A stretch of DNA of 64,000 bases from an uncultured Chloroflexia bacterium (GCA_963767945.1 CAVYGH010000005.1:67790-131789); one strand, 5' to 3'; numbered from the stretch's first letter, positions 12,127-21,550 are shown. Notes: generated from the letters alone by a model not told the origin. Numbers and translations: made by a program.

Positions 12127-12678
12127 CCCGCGCGATCCGCCCGATCCCCGGGATCACCATCGCCATCGCGCTCTCCCTCCTCGTTGCCGGCTGCGCCGCG
12201 ATCCCGAACCCGCTCGTCACGCCCGTTGCCGCCCGACGCCCTGCACCCGAATCCGCGATCGCGGTCGCGATCGGCCGCCACTCGACGCTCCGGATCCCGC
12301 CAAGCTCGACGAGGTCGCGCGACAACGCGCGATCTGGGAGCAGCACGGCATCCACACCTACCGGCTGACGCTGCTGTTCGGCTGCCACTGCGACCTCGGC
12401 GGCGGCAGCGGTCGAGGCGACGGTCGTGGACGACGCAGGTGACCGGCGTCTCGGTCGGACGGAAACGTCGCTCGACGACGACGAGCGGCACGGACTACCC
12501 GATGACGGTCGGATGAGCTGTTCGACTACGCGGACCGCGGATGGCGAACGCCGGCAAGCTCGAGCTCAAGTACGACGAGCACCTCGGCTACCCGCTCGCC
12601 GTGGGTGTCGACCCCGACGTCGAGGCCCGCGACGACTCGGTCCGGATCGTCGTCACGAGGCTCGTGCCCGGCCGCTAG
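12123..12678 (+). pseudogene. Lipoprotein, paralog 3 of 3, broken by about 5 frame changes
   Basis: GTG 12123 overlaps the preceding stop (GTGA). Lipobox LLVAGC. Homologous pieces lie in different frames: AIWEQHGIHTYRLTLLFGCHCDLGGG, AVEATVVDDA, YPMTV, DELFDYADR and ANAGKLELKYDEHLGYPLAVGVDPDVEARDDSVRIVVTRL. Confidence 0.6.
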
Positions 12679-13736
12679 GCCTGCTCGAGCTCCGGGATCC
12701 CCGCCCCCCACGCCCGGAACGCCGTCCGGAGCCCGTCGCGGGTCGCGTCGTCGCAGAAGGCGGCCTCGATGGCCGCGAGGTCGAGCTGCCACAGCTCGGG
12801 GATCGAGACCCCGATCCGCACGACCGCCCGCTCGTACTCGTCGGACAGCGAGATGTCGGACACCGTGAGGTCGTCGGTGTTGAGCGTGACCCGCACGCCA
12901 GCCCGCTTCAGGCGCAGCAGGGGATGGTCCTCGAGCCGCGGCACGATCCGCGCCTGGGTGTTCGAGGTCGGACACAGGTCGAGCCAGGTCCCGCGCCGGA
13001 TCAGCTCGGCGACGAGGTCGGGATCCTCGATCGCCAGCGGACCGTGCGCGATCCGCTCCGGGTCGATCGCGAGCGTCCGCCGAACCTGCGCCGCGCCGCC
13101 CCACTCGCCGGCGTGCGCCGTGACATGGAGGCCGATCGCGCGCGCGAGGTCGATGGCCTCGCCGTGGATCGTCGGGTCGGGGAAGCGCTCCTCGGGTCCG
13201 GCGAGGTCGACCGCGACGAGCCCGTCCGGCACGCCGTTCGCCTCGAGGTCGCGGACGAACGCGAGGTTCGCCTCGGGCGGATGCGAGCGCATCAGGGTCG
13301 CGATCAGGTTGACGTCGATCCCCCCGGCACGCGCCGCCCGCCGGGCGCCCGCGGCCGTGGCCTCGACCACCTGTCGGCCGGTCAGACCCTTCTGGACGTG
13401 GAGGAGCGGCGCCCAGCGGACCTCGGCGTAGCGGACGTTGTCGCGCGCCTTGTCCTCGACGAGGTCGGCGGAGATTCGCTCGATCGCGTCGGCGTCCTGC
13501 ATCAGCTCGATCGGCAGGTCGAAGGCCTTCAGCAGCTCGGCCTGGTCGGTGGACTGCTCGGGCCCGACGAGGACGCCGCGCATGCCGGCGAACGTCGTGG
13601 GCGCGTCGATGCCGCGGGTGCGGGCGATGTCGAGCGCGGTGTCGATCCGGAGCGAGCCGTCGAGGTGGAGGTGGAGCTCGGCCTTGGGCATCGCGCGCAC
13701 GAGGGCACGGACGGTCGGCTGATCGAGGTCGGTCAT
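12675..13736 (-). CDS. add: Adenosine deaminase
   Basis: ORF 12675..13937 read from MTDLDQP (13736). Motifs: PKAELHLHLDGS, HAGE and TLNTDDL. Its stop overlaps the stop of the convergent gene. Confidence 0.9.
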   Translation of the reverse strand: MTDLDQPTVRALVRAMPKAELHLHLDGSLRIDTALDIARTRGIDAPTTFAGMRGVLVGPEQSTDQAELLKAFDLPIELMQDADAIERISADLVEDKARDNVRYAEVRWAPLLHVQKGLTGRQVVEATAAGARRAARAGGIDVNLIATLMRSHPPEANLAFVRDLEANGVPDGLVAVDLAGPEERFPDPTIHGEAIDLARAIGLHVTAHAGEWGGAAQVRRTLAIDPERIAHGPLAIEDPDLVAELIRRGTWLDLCPTSNTQARIVPRLEDHPLLRLKRAGVRVTLNTDDLTVSDISLSDEYERAVVRIGVSIPELWQLDLAAIEAAFCDDATRDGLRTAFRAWGAGIPELEQA

Positions 13737-13779
13737 CCGTCGATGGTAGCGAGGGACGTTGTGGAGCCGCTCGAAGGTG

Positions 13780-13938
13780 TGTGCGCTGGGCGCACATTCC
13801 TGACCGTGGATGGCCCCGTTGCGCCGGATCTGTGCGGGGTGCCCACATCGGCCGCAGCGGATGAACCTCGTGTGCGCTGGGCGCACGTCTGGGACGGCTT
13901 GCCGTTGGTTGACGTCAGCAATGTGCGTGAGGCGCACG
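13780..13938. promoter_or_regulatory. Array of four related 17-bp palindromes (TGTGCGC-N3-GCGCACA type) in the add / SDR-gene divergent intergenic region
   Basis: TGTGCGCTGGGCGCACA at 13780..13796 (perfect 7-3-7). TGTGCGGGGTGCCCACA at 13831..13847. TGTGCGCTGGGCGCACG at 13871..13887. TGTGCGTGAGGCGCACG at 13922..13938. Confidence 0.55.
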
Positions 13939-14027
13939 GCCGCTCGACTTCTTGATCCTGCGGAGTATCATGTTCTTCCGAAGTAGCCTGTTTATACGAA
14001 ACGCACAACTCCCCGGAGCACCGCCAC

Positions 14028-14990
14028 ATGGCCACCATCCTCGTCACCGGCGCCGCCGGTTTCGTCGGCAGCCACGTCGTCCCCGCGCTGGTCGACGCGG
14101 GTCACGGCGTCGTCGCGCTGGTCCACGACGGCGAGGACGAGGCCCTGGTCCGGCGGCGCCTCGCACCCGGCCAGCGGGGCTCCGTGGAGACGCGCATCGG
14201 CGACATCACCCGGCCTGCCACCCTGACGCCGGCCATGGCCGGCGTCGACGCGGTGGTCCACCTGGCCGCGATCCCGCGCGACTTCGACGGCGGCCAGAGC
14301 CTGCGCCTCGTCAACACCGAGGGCACCCGGTTCGTCGTGCGGGCCGCCCGCGAAGCCGGCGTCCGGCGGTTTGTCCACCAGGGCGCGCTCGGCGTCGTCG
14401 ACGATCCGGACCTGCACTACGCGAGCTCGAAGGCGAAGGGCATGGCGATCGTCAGCGAGAGCGGGCTCGACTGGACGATCCTCTCGCCGTCGCTGCTGTT
14501 CGGCCCGCGCGACGGGTTCTTCAACCTGATCGCCGGCCTGGTGCGGATCTCGCCAGGAGCTGTCCCGATCACCGGCACGGGCGCCTCGCGCTTCCAGCCG
14601 CTCGCGATCGGCGACCTGGCCGACGTGGTCGTCGCGGTGCTCGGGGACGACTCGACGATCGGCCGTGAGTACCCGCTCGGCGGGCCCCGCTACTGGACGT
14701 ACCGGGAGATCGTCGAGGAGGTCCTTCGGGCGATGGGGAAGCGGCGGGTCCTCGTGCCCATGCCGGTGCCGCTGATCCGCCTCGTCGCGGGCTCGGCCGA
14801 GCTCGTCCGCCTGCCGTTCCCCGTCGCCACCGACCAGCTTCGCCAGCTCAAGCTCGACAACGTCGGGCCCCTGGACGCGGTCGAGTCCGCGTTCGGGTTC
14901 GCGCCCCGGCCGATGGAGGGCGGCCTGGCGCACGTCGCGAAGCCGTTGGCGGCGCAGGAGCCGGACCCGGCACCCGATCCGGCGAGCTGA
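14028..14990 (+). CDS. NAD(P)-binding SDR-family epimerase/dehydratase-like protein (NmrA/NDUFA9-like)
   Basis: Intact ORF. Rossmann motif VTGAAGFVGSH. YASSK (YxxxK). GGAG about 10 nt before the ATG. Confidence 0.8.
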   Translation: MATILVTGAAGFVGSHVVPALVDAGHGVVALVHDGEDEALVRRRLAPGQRGSVETRIGDITRPATLTPAMAGVDAVVHLAAIPRDFDGGQSLRLVNTEGTRFVVRAAREAGVRRFVHQGALGVVDDPDLHYASSKAKGMAIVSESGLDWTILSPSLLFGPRDGFFNLIAGLVRISPGAVPITGTGASRFQPLAIGDLADVVVAVLGDDSTIGREYPLGGPRYWTYREIVEEVLRAMGKRRVLVPMPVPLIRLVAGSAELVRLPFPVATDQLRQLKLDNVGPLDAVESAFGFAPRPMEGGLAHVAKPLAAQEPDPAPDPAS

Positions 14991-15030
14991 CCACGGGCGC
15001 CGGCGGCGCCGACCGGCTACGCTCCGCGCC

Positions 15031-15996
15031 GTGCATGCGCTCCAAACCCTGGTGCTCGCCCTCGTCTGGATCGCGGCCGCGATCCTGATCTCGCTCGGGG
15101 CGGCCGGGATCATCGCCTCGATGAACCACCTGCCCGGGACGTCGGCGCGACCGGAGCTCACCTGGTCCGGGGATCGGGCCGCCGAGCCCGCGATGGTCGC
15201 CGCGAGCGACCAGCTCCACGTGCTGGCGGACGAGGTCGACGGACTGGCCGCGACGGCTCGCCTGGCGCTGACGCAGGTCGCCGCCGGTGACGTGGACGAG
15301 CTGGGGACGACGATCGCCACCGGCACGGACCAGGTCGGAACCGTCCAGGGCGAGGCCGCCGAGCTCGACGCGCTGCTGGCCGCGGTGCCGGGCGTCGGGT
15401 CCGTCCCGGAGCTCACGCTGTCCGAACCGACGATCCGGCGCTACGAGGCGCTCACCGAGAGCCGCGGGGTCACCGACGGCCTCGAGGCCGATTGGGCCGC
15501 CTTCTCGGGGCGGGCCCTCAGCGCGGCGACCCTCACCGGCCTGCTGGCTCGCCACGATGCGCAGACCGCGAAGGCGGCCGCGGAGGGATCGGCGGCGCAT
15601 TACCAGAAGGCCCTGGACCTGCTCGACGAGTCGGACGCGATCATGGCGCAGGCGCAAGGCCTCCGGGACGACCTGACCGGATCGACCGATGTCTCCACGC
15701 TCACGACGTGGATCGATCGCAACGCCGCCTACGACGCCGCGCTGCGCCGGCTGTATGACGCGCTGCTCGACTCGAACGGGCGGGTCACCGACCGCGTCCG
15801 ATCGGCCTTCGCGGGCGAGCAGGCGGCCCGACGCCAGCTGCCGCCGGACACCCGCGGTCTGGTCGTGATCATGTCCGACATCGCCCGCGGCGGGCTCAAC
15901 CAGGCCGTGATCGCGATCGAGGAGGCGCGGGGAGCGCTGTCGTCGGCCATCGACCGCCAGCAGCAGCTGCAGGACCCGCCGGCGCCCGCCGGTTAG
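15031..15996 (+). CDS. Hypothetical membrane-anchored, Ala-rich helical protein
   Basis: Intact 321-aa ORF with high-GC codon usage and a GTG start. N-terminal TM helix LVLALVWIAAAILISLGAAGIIA. No family recognised. Confidence 0.6.
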   Translation: MHALQTLVLALVWIAAAILISLGAAGIIASMNHLPGTSARPELTWSGDRAAEPAMVAASDQLHVLADEVDGLAATARLALTQVAAGDVDELGTTIATGTDQVGTVQGEAAELDALLAAVPGVGSVPELTLSEPTIRRYEALTESRGVTDGLEADWAAFSGRALSAATLTGLLARHDAQTAKAAAEGSAAHYQKALDLLDESDAIMAQAQGLRDDLTGSTDVSTLTTWIDRNAAYDAALRRLYDALLDSNGRVTDRVRSAFAGEQAARRQLPPDTRGLVVIMSDIARGGLNQAVIAIEEARGALSSAIDRQQQLQDPPAPAG

Positions 15997-16102
15997 GTCT
16001 CGCCATCGGGTCCGGCGCCGGTACACTGGCGCGCAAGATTCCAGCCTCATACGACCTGCCGGGGGCACAGCGGGTCGCGATGCCCACCGGGAGGATTCCT
16101 AC

Positions 16103-17614
16103 GTGCAGATCCGCGTTGTCACCGACCAGCCGTGGGAGGTCTCGACCGACGTGCTGGTCGTGCCCGTCGTCGGCGAGCTCGAGTTCACCGAGGCCTACGA
16201 CGAGCTCGATCGTCGATCCGGTGGCGAGCTGCGGGCGCTCCAGGCGTTCGGCGAGCTGCGGGATCGCCGCTACGGGACGGCGTTGGGCGCGGCCGGCGAG
16301 CTCCCGGCCCGGCGGCTGCTCGTCGTCTCCGCGGGTCACGCCGAGGACCTCGACCGCGAGACAGCGCGCAAGTTCGCCGCCCGCGCGATCCGGCGCCTGA
16401 TCAACCGCGACGTCAAGGCGATCGCGATCTGGCTCGACCCGCTGGCCGACGCGCTCGACGGCGACGTCACGCTCGTCGCCGACGTCGTCGCGCGAGGCGT
16501 GGTCGAGGGCGGTTTCGAGCCCAAGACGATCTACCGCGAGGACAGCGACAGCGCGCCGCCGGTCCTCGACGAGCTGGTGCTGATCGCGCCCGGCGGCGAC
16601 GCCGCGGCACTGTCGAAGGCCGCCGAGCGCGGCCGGATCATGGGCGAGGGCGCGAACATTGCCCGCCGGCTGTCGAACCGGGCCGCCAACGACATCACGC
16701 CGCAGGTCCTCGCCGATGAGGCGACGGCCATCGCCGAGGCCAACGGGCTCTCGATCGACGTCGTCGACGAGAAGCGGGCCGCCGAGCTGGGCATGGGCAT
16801 GTTCCTCGCCGTGGGGCAGGGGAGCGCGAACAAGCCGCGGATGATCGTCATGCGCTCGGGCGGCGAAGGCGAGAAGGACGCGCTGGGCCGGCACCTCGCG
16901 ATGGTCGGCAAGGGCGTCTGCTTCGACTCGGGCGGCATCAGCATCAAGCCCGGCGACCGGATGGAAGAGATGAAGATGGACAAGACCGGTGCCTGCACCG
17001 TGATCGCGGCCATCGCCACGGCCGCCCGCCTGTCTCCGGGCCTGCCGCTGCTCGCGGTCGCCCCCGCGGTCGAGAACATGCCCGGCGGCGGGGCGACCCG
17101 GCCCGGTGACATCGTCAAGGCGATGAACGGCAAGTGGGTCGACATCATCAACACCGACGCCGAGGGGCGCCTGATCCTGGGCGACGCGATGACCTACGCC
17201 GAGCAGCTGGGCGCGACCCACATCGTCGACGTCGCCACGCTGACAGGCGCGGTCGGCCGCGCGATCGGGAACATCGTCACCGGGGCGTTCGCGACCCCGG
17301 ATCCCTGGTGGGACGACCTGGCCGCCGCGGCGGATCGGGCCGGCGAGCGCTACTGGCGCATCCCGCTCATCAAGGACTACATGTCCGAGATGGAGAGCTG
17401 GTACGCGGACATCCAGAACACCGGCACGCCGGATGGCTCGCTCGTGAAGAGCGGGCTGTTCCTCGAGCAGTTCCGGACCGTGCCGTGGGCCCACCTCGAC
17501 ATCGGCGGGACGGGGTACTTCCGCAAGACCTACCCGTACGCCCCGCGGGGCGCGACAGGCGTCACGCACGCGACGCTGGTCGAGCTCGCGCTCGCGGGTG
17601 CCACAGCGGCCTGA
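16103..17614 (+). CDS. pepA: Leucyl aminopeptidase (M17)
   Basis: Intact ORF with GTG start. Motifs: VGKGVCFDSGGISIKP and NTDAEGRLILGDA. Confidence 0.9.
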   Translation: MQIRVVTDQPWEVSTDVLVVPVVGELEFTEAYDELDRRSGGELRALQAFGELRDRRYGTALGAAGELPARRLLVVSAGHAEDLDRETARKFAARAIRRLINRDVKAIAIWLDPLADALDGDVTLVADVVARGVVEGGFEPKTIYREDSDSAPPVLDELVLIAPGGDAAALSKAAERGRIMGEGANIARRLSNRAANDITPQVLADEATAIAEANGLSIDVVDEKRAAELGMGMFLAVGQGSANKPRMIVMRSGGEGEKDALGRHLAMVGKGVCFDSGGISIKPGDRMEEMKMDKTGACTVIAAIATAARLSPGLPLLAVAPAVENMPGGGATRPGDIVKAMNGKWVDIINTDAEGRLILGDAMTYAEQLGATHIVDVATLTGAVGRAIGNIVTGAFATPDPWWDDLAAAADRAGERYWRIPLIKDYMSEMESWYADIQNTGTPDGSLVKSGLFLEQFRTVPWAHLDIGGTGYFRKTYPYAPRGATGVTHATLVELALAGATAA

Positions 17615-17662
17615 CCATCGGGGGACCGCGCGGCTCCGAGCTCGGCCCGTAGACTCCGGCCC

Positions 17663-18316
17663 GTGGTCGAGTCGCTGTCGCTGAACCTGCTCGCCGTCGC
17701 CCTCGCCGCCATCGGCGGCGTCTGGGGCTTCGTCGCCGACCGCATCTCGGCCCGCTGGCCGGAGCACGAGGACGGCAGCGTCCGCGCGATCGACTGGCGC
17801 ACGCCGGTGGTGGTGGTCACGGGCGTGCTCGTGCTCGGCGCGCTGACGCTGCGCTTCCCGGAACCGGTGCCGGCGCTGATCTTCGGCGTCTACTCGGTCG
17901 CCCTGGTGCTGCTGCTCGCCACCGACCTCGACCAGCGCCTGCTCCCCAACGAGCTCACGCTGCCGGCGATCCCGCTGGCGCTGATCGTGGACATCGCGGG
18001 CCTCAACCCGCTGGTGACGCCGGACCAGCTGCCGCTCGCCATCGTGTTCGCGATCCTGGTGCCCGGGATCCTGTTCGCGCTGTCGATCCCGTTCGGCGCC
18101 GGCGCGATCGGCCAGGGCGACCTGAAGCTGCTGATCTCGGTGGGCCTGCTCGCGGGCGCGTACCGGCTGTTCGTGGGCGTCGTCTACGGGGCGGTGCTGG
18201 CCGGCGTGGTGATCGTCGTGCTGCTCCTGTTCCGCCGGATCACGCTCAAGACGTTCATCCCGTTCGGGCCGTTCCTGATCATCGGAGCGATCTGGGCGAT
18301 CTACGCGATCCAGTAG
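17663..18316 (+). CDS. Prepilin (type IV/Flp) leader peptidase, A24 family
   Basis: Polytopic membrane ORF. It carries the two Asp motifs LLATDLDQRLLPN and GQGDLKLL. Confidence 0.8.
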   Translation: MVESLSLNLLAVALAAIGGVWGFVADRISARWPEHEDGSVRAIDWRTPVVVVTGVLVLGALTLRFPEPVPALIFGVYSVALVLLLATDLDQRLLPNELTLPAIPLALIVDIAGLNPLVTPDQLPLAIVFAILVPGILFALSIPFGAGAIGQGDLKLLISVGLLAGAYRLFVGVVYGAVLAGVVIVVLLLFRRITLKTFIPFGPFLIIGAIWAIYAIQ

Positions 18317-18499
18317 CTCTCACCGCGGTACCGGCCCGATCCCCCGAAAGGGCTGCGCCAATGCGGCGCATTGCCCATTGATCGGCGCCGGGCGGCGCTG
18401 TCAGGCTCAGGCACGACATCGCACCGCGAGCAGCGGCGTCGCCTCGCGGCGACCGGACCCGGAGCACGGGTCACGCTCGGCTGAACGGGTTGTCCACGC

Positions 18500-18508
18500 T
18501 GGTACACT
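18500..18508 (+). promoter_or_regulatory. Candidate extended -10 promoter element (TGgTACACT) for the M23 peptidase gene
   Basis: TGn plus a TAnnnT hexamer. Only a weak -35 (GCTGAA) lies 17 nt upstream. It would give a leader of about 135 nt to TTG 18650. Confidence 0.3.
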
Positions 18509-18553
18509 GCCCGGAAGCCGGGAACCGGTCGTCTCGGGAGTGCCTCTGAGGCG

Positions 18554-20008
18554 GTGCCAGATCCGGCGAGCGTGAACTTGTTCCGCGCTCCGTACCCCGC
18601 CGTAGCGCCAGACTCGAAAACGCTCGCACGAGATGAGGACGCCTGCTCGTTGACCCGCCAAGCGACAGCCCAGCACTTTCCGCGGTCGCGCACCGGCCGC
18701 CGGTCTCACCTCCTCCTCGCGGTCCTGTCGATCCCCCTCCTGTTCGGCCTGTTCGCCGCGCCCGCCTCGGCGCCGCCGGCCGTCCACGCGGACGAGCTCG
18801 CGCAGGCCCAGGCGGCGCAGCGCGCCCTCCAGCGGAAGATCGCCGACCAGAAGGCGCTGATCGCCCAGCTCAACAACTCGCAGGCCCATCTCGCGGGCGC
18901 GATCTCCCAGACGCAGGACGAGCTCAAGGGGATCACCAACGACCTCGCCGCGACGCAGCGCCGCGTCTCGAACCTCATCGACGACATCGACGTGGTCAAG
19001 GCGACCTACCTGACGCTCGTGAACCAGCTGGAGGACCTCAACCTCCAGGTCGAGCGGATCGAGGCCTCCGAGGCCGCCAAGAAGGTCGAGCTGGGCGTCC
19101 GCAAGGCGGAGCTCGCCGAGCGGGTCCGCGAGGCGTACGAGGCGGAGCGCACGTCCCTGCTCGAGACGTTCCTGTCCGGGGCCTCGTTCACCGACATGCT
19201 GGCCCAGATGAGCTCCGAGCTCGACGCGGCCGACCAGGACCGTGAGCTCGCAGCGCAGGTCGCCGAGGACCGCGAGACGCTGCAGAGCCTGCACGCGACG
19301 GTCGTCGAGGCGCGCGCCGCCACGAACACGATCCGCCAGGAGACGGCGGTCCAGAAGCAGAAGCTCGACCAGCGCCTCAAGGAGCTGCGCGCGGCCCAGG
19401 CGCGGCTGAAGCAGCTCGAGAAGCAGGCCGAGGCCGCGCTTCGCGCCCAACGCGCCCAGTACGCGCGGATGGCAGCCGACGAGAAGCGGATGCGCCACGC
19501 GCTCGCCGCGACGGCGGCCGCCAAGCGCCAGCTCCAAAGCAAGATCAACCGCCTCGTCGCCCGCCAGTTCAACCAGGGCAACATCCCGTCCCGCTACAAC
19601 GGCACGCTGCGGTGGCCGATGGGCGGCGTGGTGACCCAGGACTTCGGCTGCACGGGCGTCGTGTTCGAGCCGCCGATGGGCAACTGCGCCCACTGGCACA
19701 ACGGGATCGACATCGTCGCGCCGTACGGGGCCCCGGTCCGCGCGTCGGGCAGCGGTCGCGTCGTGTACGTCGGCTGGAACTACGCGGACGGCGCCGACCC
19801 CGCCTGGATCGTGATCATCGCCCACTCGCAGCACCTGACCACGTGGTACGCGCATCTCCAGTCGCGCTACAAGGTCCGGGCCGGCCAGAACGTCCACCAG
19901 GGGGACGTCATCGGCTACGAGGGCAACACCGGCCACTCGACCGGCGCCCACCTGCACTGGATGGTCGAGTTCAACGGCAACTTCGTGAACCCGCGCATGT
20001 TCACCTAG
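18554..20008 (+). CDS. Secreted coiled-coil M23 metallopeptidase (EnvC-like murein endopeptidase); start uncertain (GTG 18554 or, more likely, TTG 18650)
   Basis: Signal peptide RRSHLLLAVLSIPLLFGLFAAPASAPPAVHA. About 280 aa of heptad-like Gln/Ala/Leu-rich sequence. M23 motifs HNGIDI (HxxxD) and GHSTGAHLHW (HxH). Confidence 0.85.
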   Translation: MPDPASVNLFRAPYPAVAPDSKTLARDEDACSLTRQATAQHFPRSRTGRRSHLLLAVLSIPLLFGLFAAPASAPPAVHADELAQAQAAQRALQRKIADQKALIAQLNNSQAHLAGAISQTQDELKGITNDLAATQRRVSNLIDDIDVVKATYLTLVNQLEDLNLQVERIEASEAAKKVELGVRKAELAERVREAYEAERTSLLETFLSGASFTDMLAQMSSELDAADQDRELAAQVAEDRETLQSLHATVVEARAATNTIRQETAVQKQKLDQRLKELRAAQARLKQLEKQAEAALRAQRAQYARMAADEKRMRHALAATAAAKRQLQSKINRLVARQFNQGNIPSRYNGTLRWPMGGVVTQDFGCTGVVFEPPMGNCAHWHNGIDIVAPYGAPVRASGSGRVVYVGWNYADGADPAWIVIIAHSQHLTTWYAHLQSRYKVRAGQNVHQGDVIGYEGNTGHSTGAHLHWMVEFNGNFVNPRMFT

Positions 20009-20043
20009 GACGGCGGCAGCCGGGCCCTCGCGCGGAGATCCGC

Positions 20044-20077
20044 GAACGACCGTCGTTCACCGGGGCGGTGCTAGCAT
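20044..20077 (+). promoter_or_regulatory. Perfect 7-1-7 palindrome GAACGAC-c-GTCGTTC (20044..20058) next to an extended -10 (TGcTAGCAT, 20069..20077) upstream of glgC
   Basis: The palindrome sits in the -35 position relative to the -10 box. GGAGGA lies 7 nt before TTG 20111. Confidence 0.4.
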
Positions 20078-20110
20078 CGGAGGCAGTCGGCCGTAGGCGG
20101 AGGACGACGC

Positions 20111-21443
20111 TTGGTCAAGCCGGTGATGGCGGTGGTCCTTGCGGGCGGAGAGGGTGAACGCCTCTCCATCCTGTCGTCGGTGCGCGCCAAGCCCGCGGTC
20201 CCGTTCGGCGGCAAGTACCGGATCATCGACTTCACGCTGTCGAACTGCGTGAACTCGGGCATCGACGACGTCGTCGTGCTGACCCAGTACAACCCGCGGC
20301 TCGCTGAACGACCACATCGGCATCGGGCGCCCGTGGGACCTCGACCGCAACACCGGCGGCATCAAGATGCTCCAGCCGTACATCAAGCGCGGCCGCGTGG
20401 CGGAGTGGTACGGCGGCACGGCCGACGCCGTGCTCCAGAACATCAACGTCGTCGAGCACGACTCGGGTGACACGGTCCTCGTCCTCGCCGGCGACCACAT
20501 CTACAAGATGGACTACCAGCCGTTCCTGGCGGCCCACCGCCGCAAGCGCGCCGACGTGACGATCGCGGTGCGCCGCGTGCCGATCGCCGAGGCGAGCCGG
20601 ATGGGCGTCCTCGCGCTCGACGAGCAGGACCGGGTCGTCGAATGGCAGGAGAAGCCCAAGCAGCCCAAGAGCGACCTCGCCTCGATGGGCGTGTACGTGT
20701 TCTCGAAGCGGGCGCTCAACCGCTGGCTGGCGGAGGATCGCAAGGACTTCGGGCGCGACGTGATCCCGGCCATGCTCGCCGGCGGGGCGCGCGTCTACGG
20801 CTACCGGTTCGACGGCTACTGGCAGGACGTCGGCACGATCCAGTCGTACTGGGAGGCCAACATGGCGCTCCTGCACGACAACCCGGAGCTGGACCTGTAC
20901 GACCGCGAGTGGATCATCCACACCCGGTCCGAGGAGCGCGCGCCGGCCAAGATCGGCCCGACGGCCCAGGTCCACCGGAGCCTGATCTCGCACGGCTGCG
21001 TGATCAACGGGATGGTCGTCAACAGCGTGCTGTCGCCCGGCGTGCGGGTGGACGTCGGGGCGGTGGTCCGCGACTCGATCATCATGTTCGACACCGTCGT
21101 GCGCTCGGGCGCCGTCGTGGACCGCGCGATCCTCGACAAGGAGGTCGTCGTCGGCGCGACGGCGATCGTCGGCGACGGGCCCGACTACGACACGCCCAAC
21201 CGGCAGGAACCCGGCCGGCTGAACACCGGGATCACCGTCGTCGGCAAGCAGTCGGTCGTGCCGAGGGGGGTCCGGCTGGGCCGCAACGTCAAGGTCGGCG
21301 AGCGCGTGAAGTCCGCGGACTTCGCCAACCGCACGGTGCGGTCCGGCGGCACCGTCGACCACAAGCCGGGCGGGGCCCGGGCCGCCTCGCGCGTCGACGC
21401 CGAGGAGCCACCGGCCCGGATCCTCGCGAGCGTGCCGGACTGA
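20111..21443 (+). CDS. glgC: Glucose-1-phosphate adenylyltransferase; frame broken near 20299
   Basis: LAGGEGERL and [11 protein letters not shown] are in ORF 20111..20470. After YNPR the protein continues in ORF 20367..21443 ([14 protein letters not shown]..., [14 protein letters not shown]). Confidence 0.9.
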
Positions 21444-21492
21444 TCGATCGCCGCCGGGACTGACCGCTCGCCGCCGGACTGACCGCTCGCCG
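21435..21492. repeat. Three tandem copies of a 19-20-bp unit (CCGGACTGAYCGMTCGCCG) spanning the glgC stop codon
   Basis: Units at 21435..21453, 21454..21473 and 21474..21492. Each repeats the CCGGACTGA stop context. Confidence 0.7.
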
Positions 21493-21550
21493 CAACGCGA
21501 GGCGGGGCCGTCGAGGGGGCGTTCGGAGACCCTCGGGTAGACTCGCGCGC

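Noticed and set aside
18515-18649. Confident call of a ydaO-type cyclic-di-AMP riboswitch upstream of the M23 peptidase
   Set aside because: Only partial matches to two conserved stretches are present. The GGGGAnCCA element and the invariant ACAGCUnACCUCGUA segment are not. It is kept only as a low-interest hypothesis to test with a covariance model.
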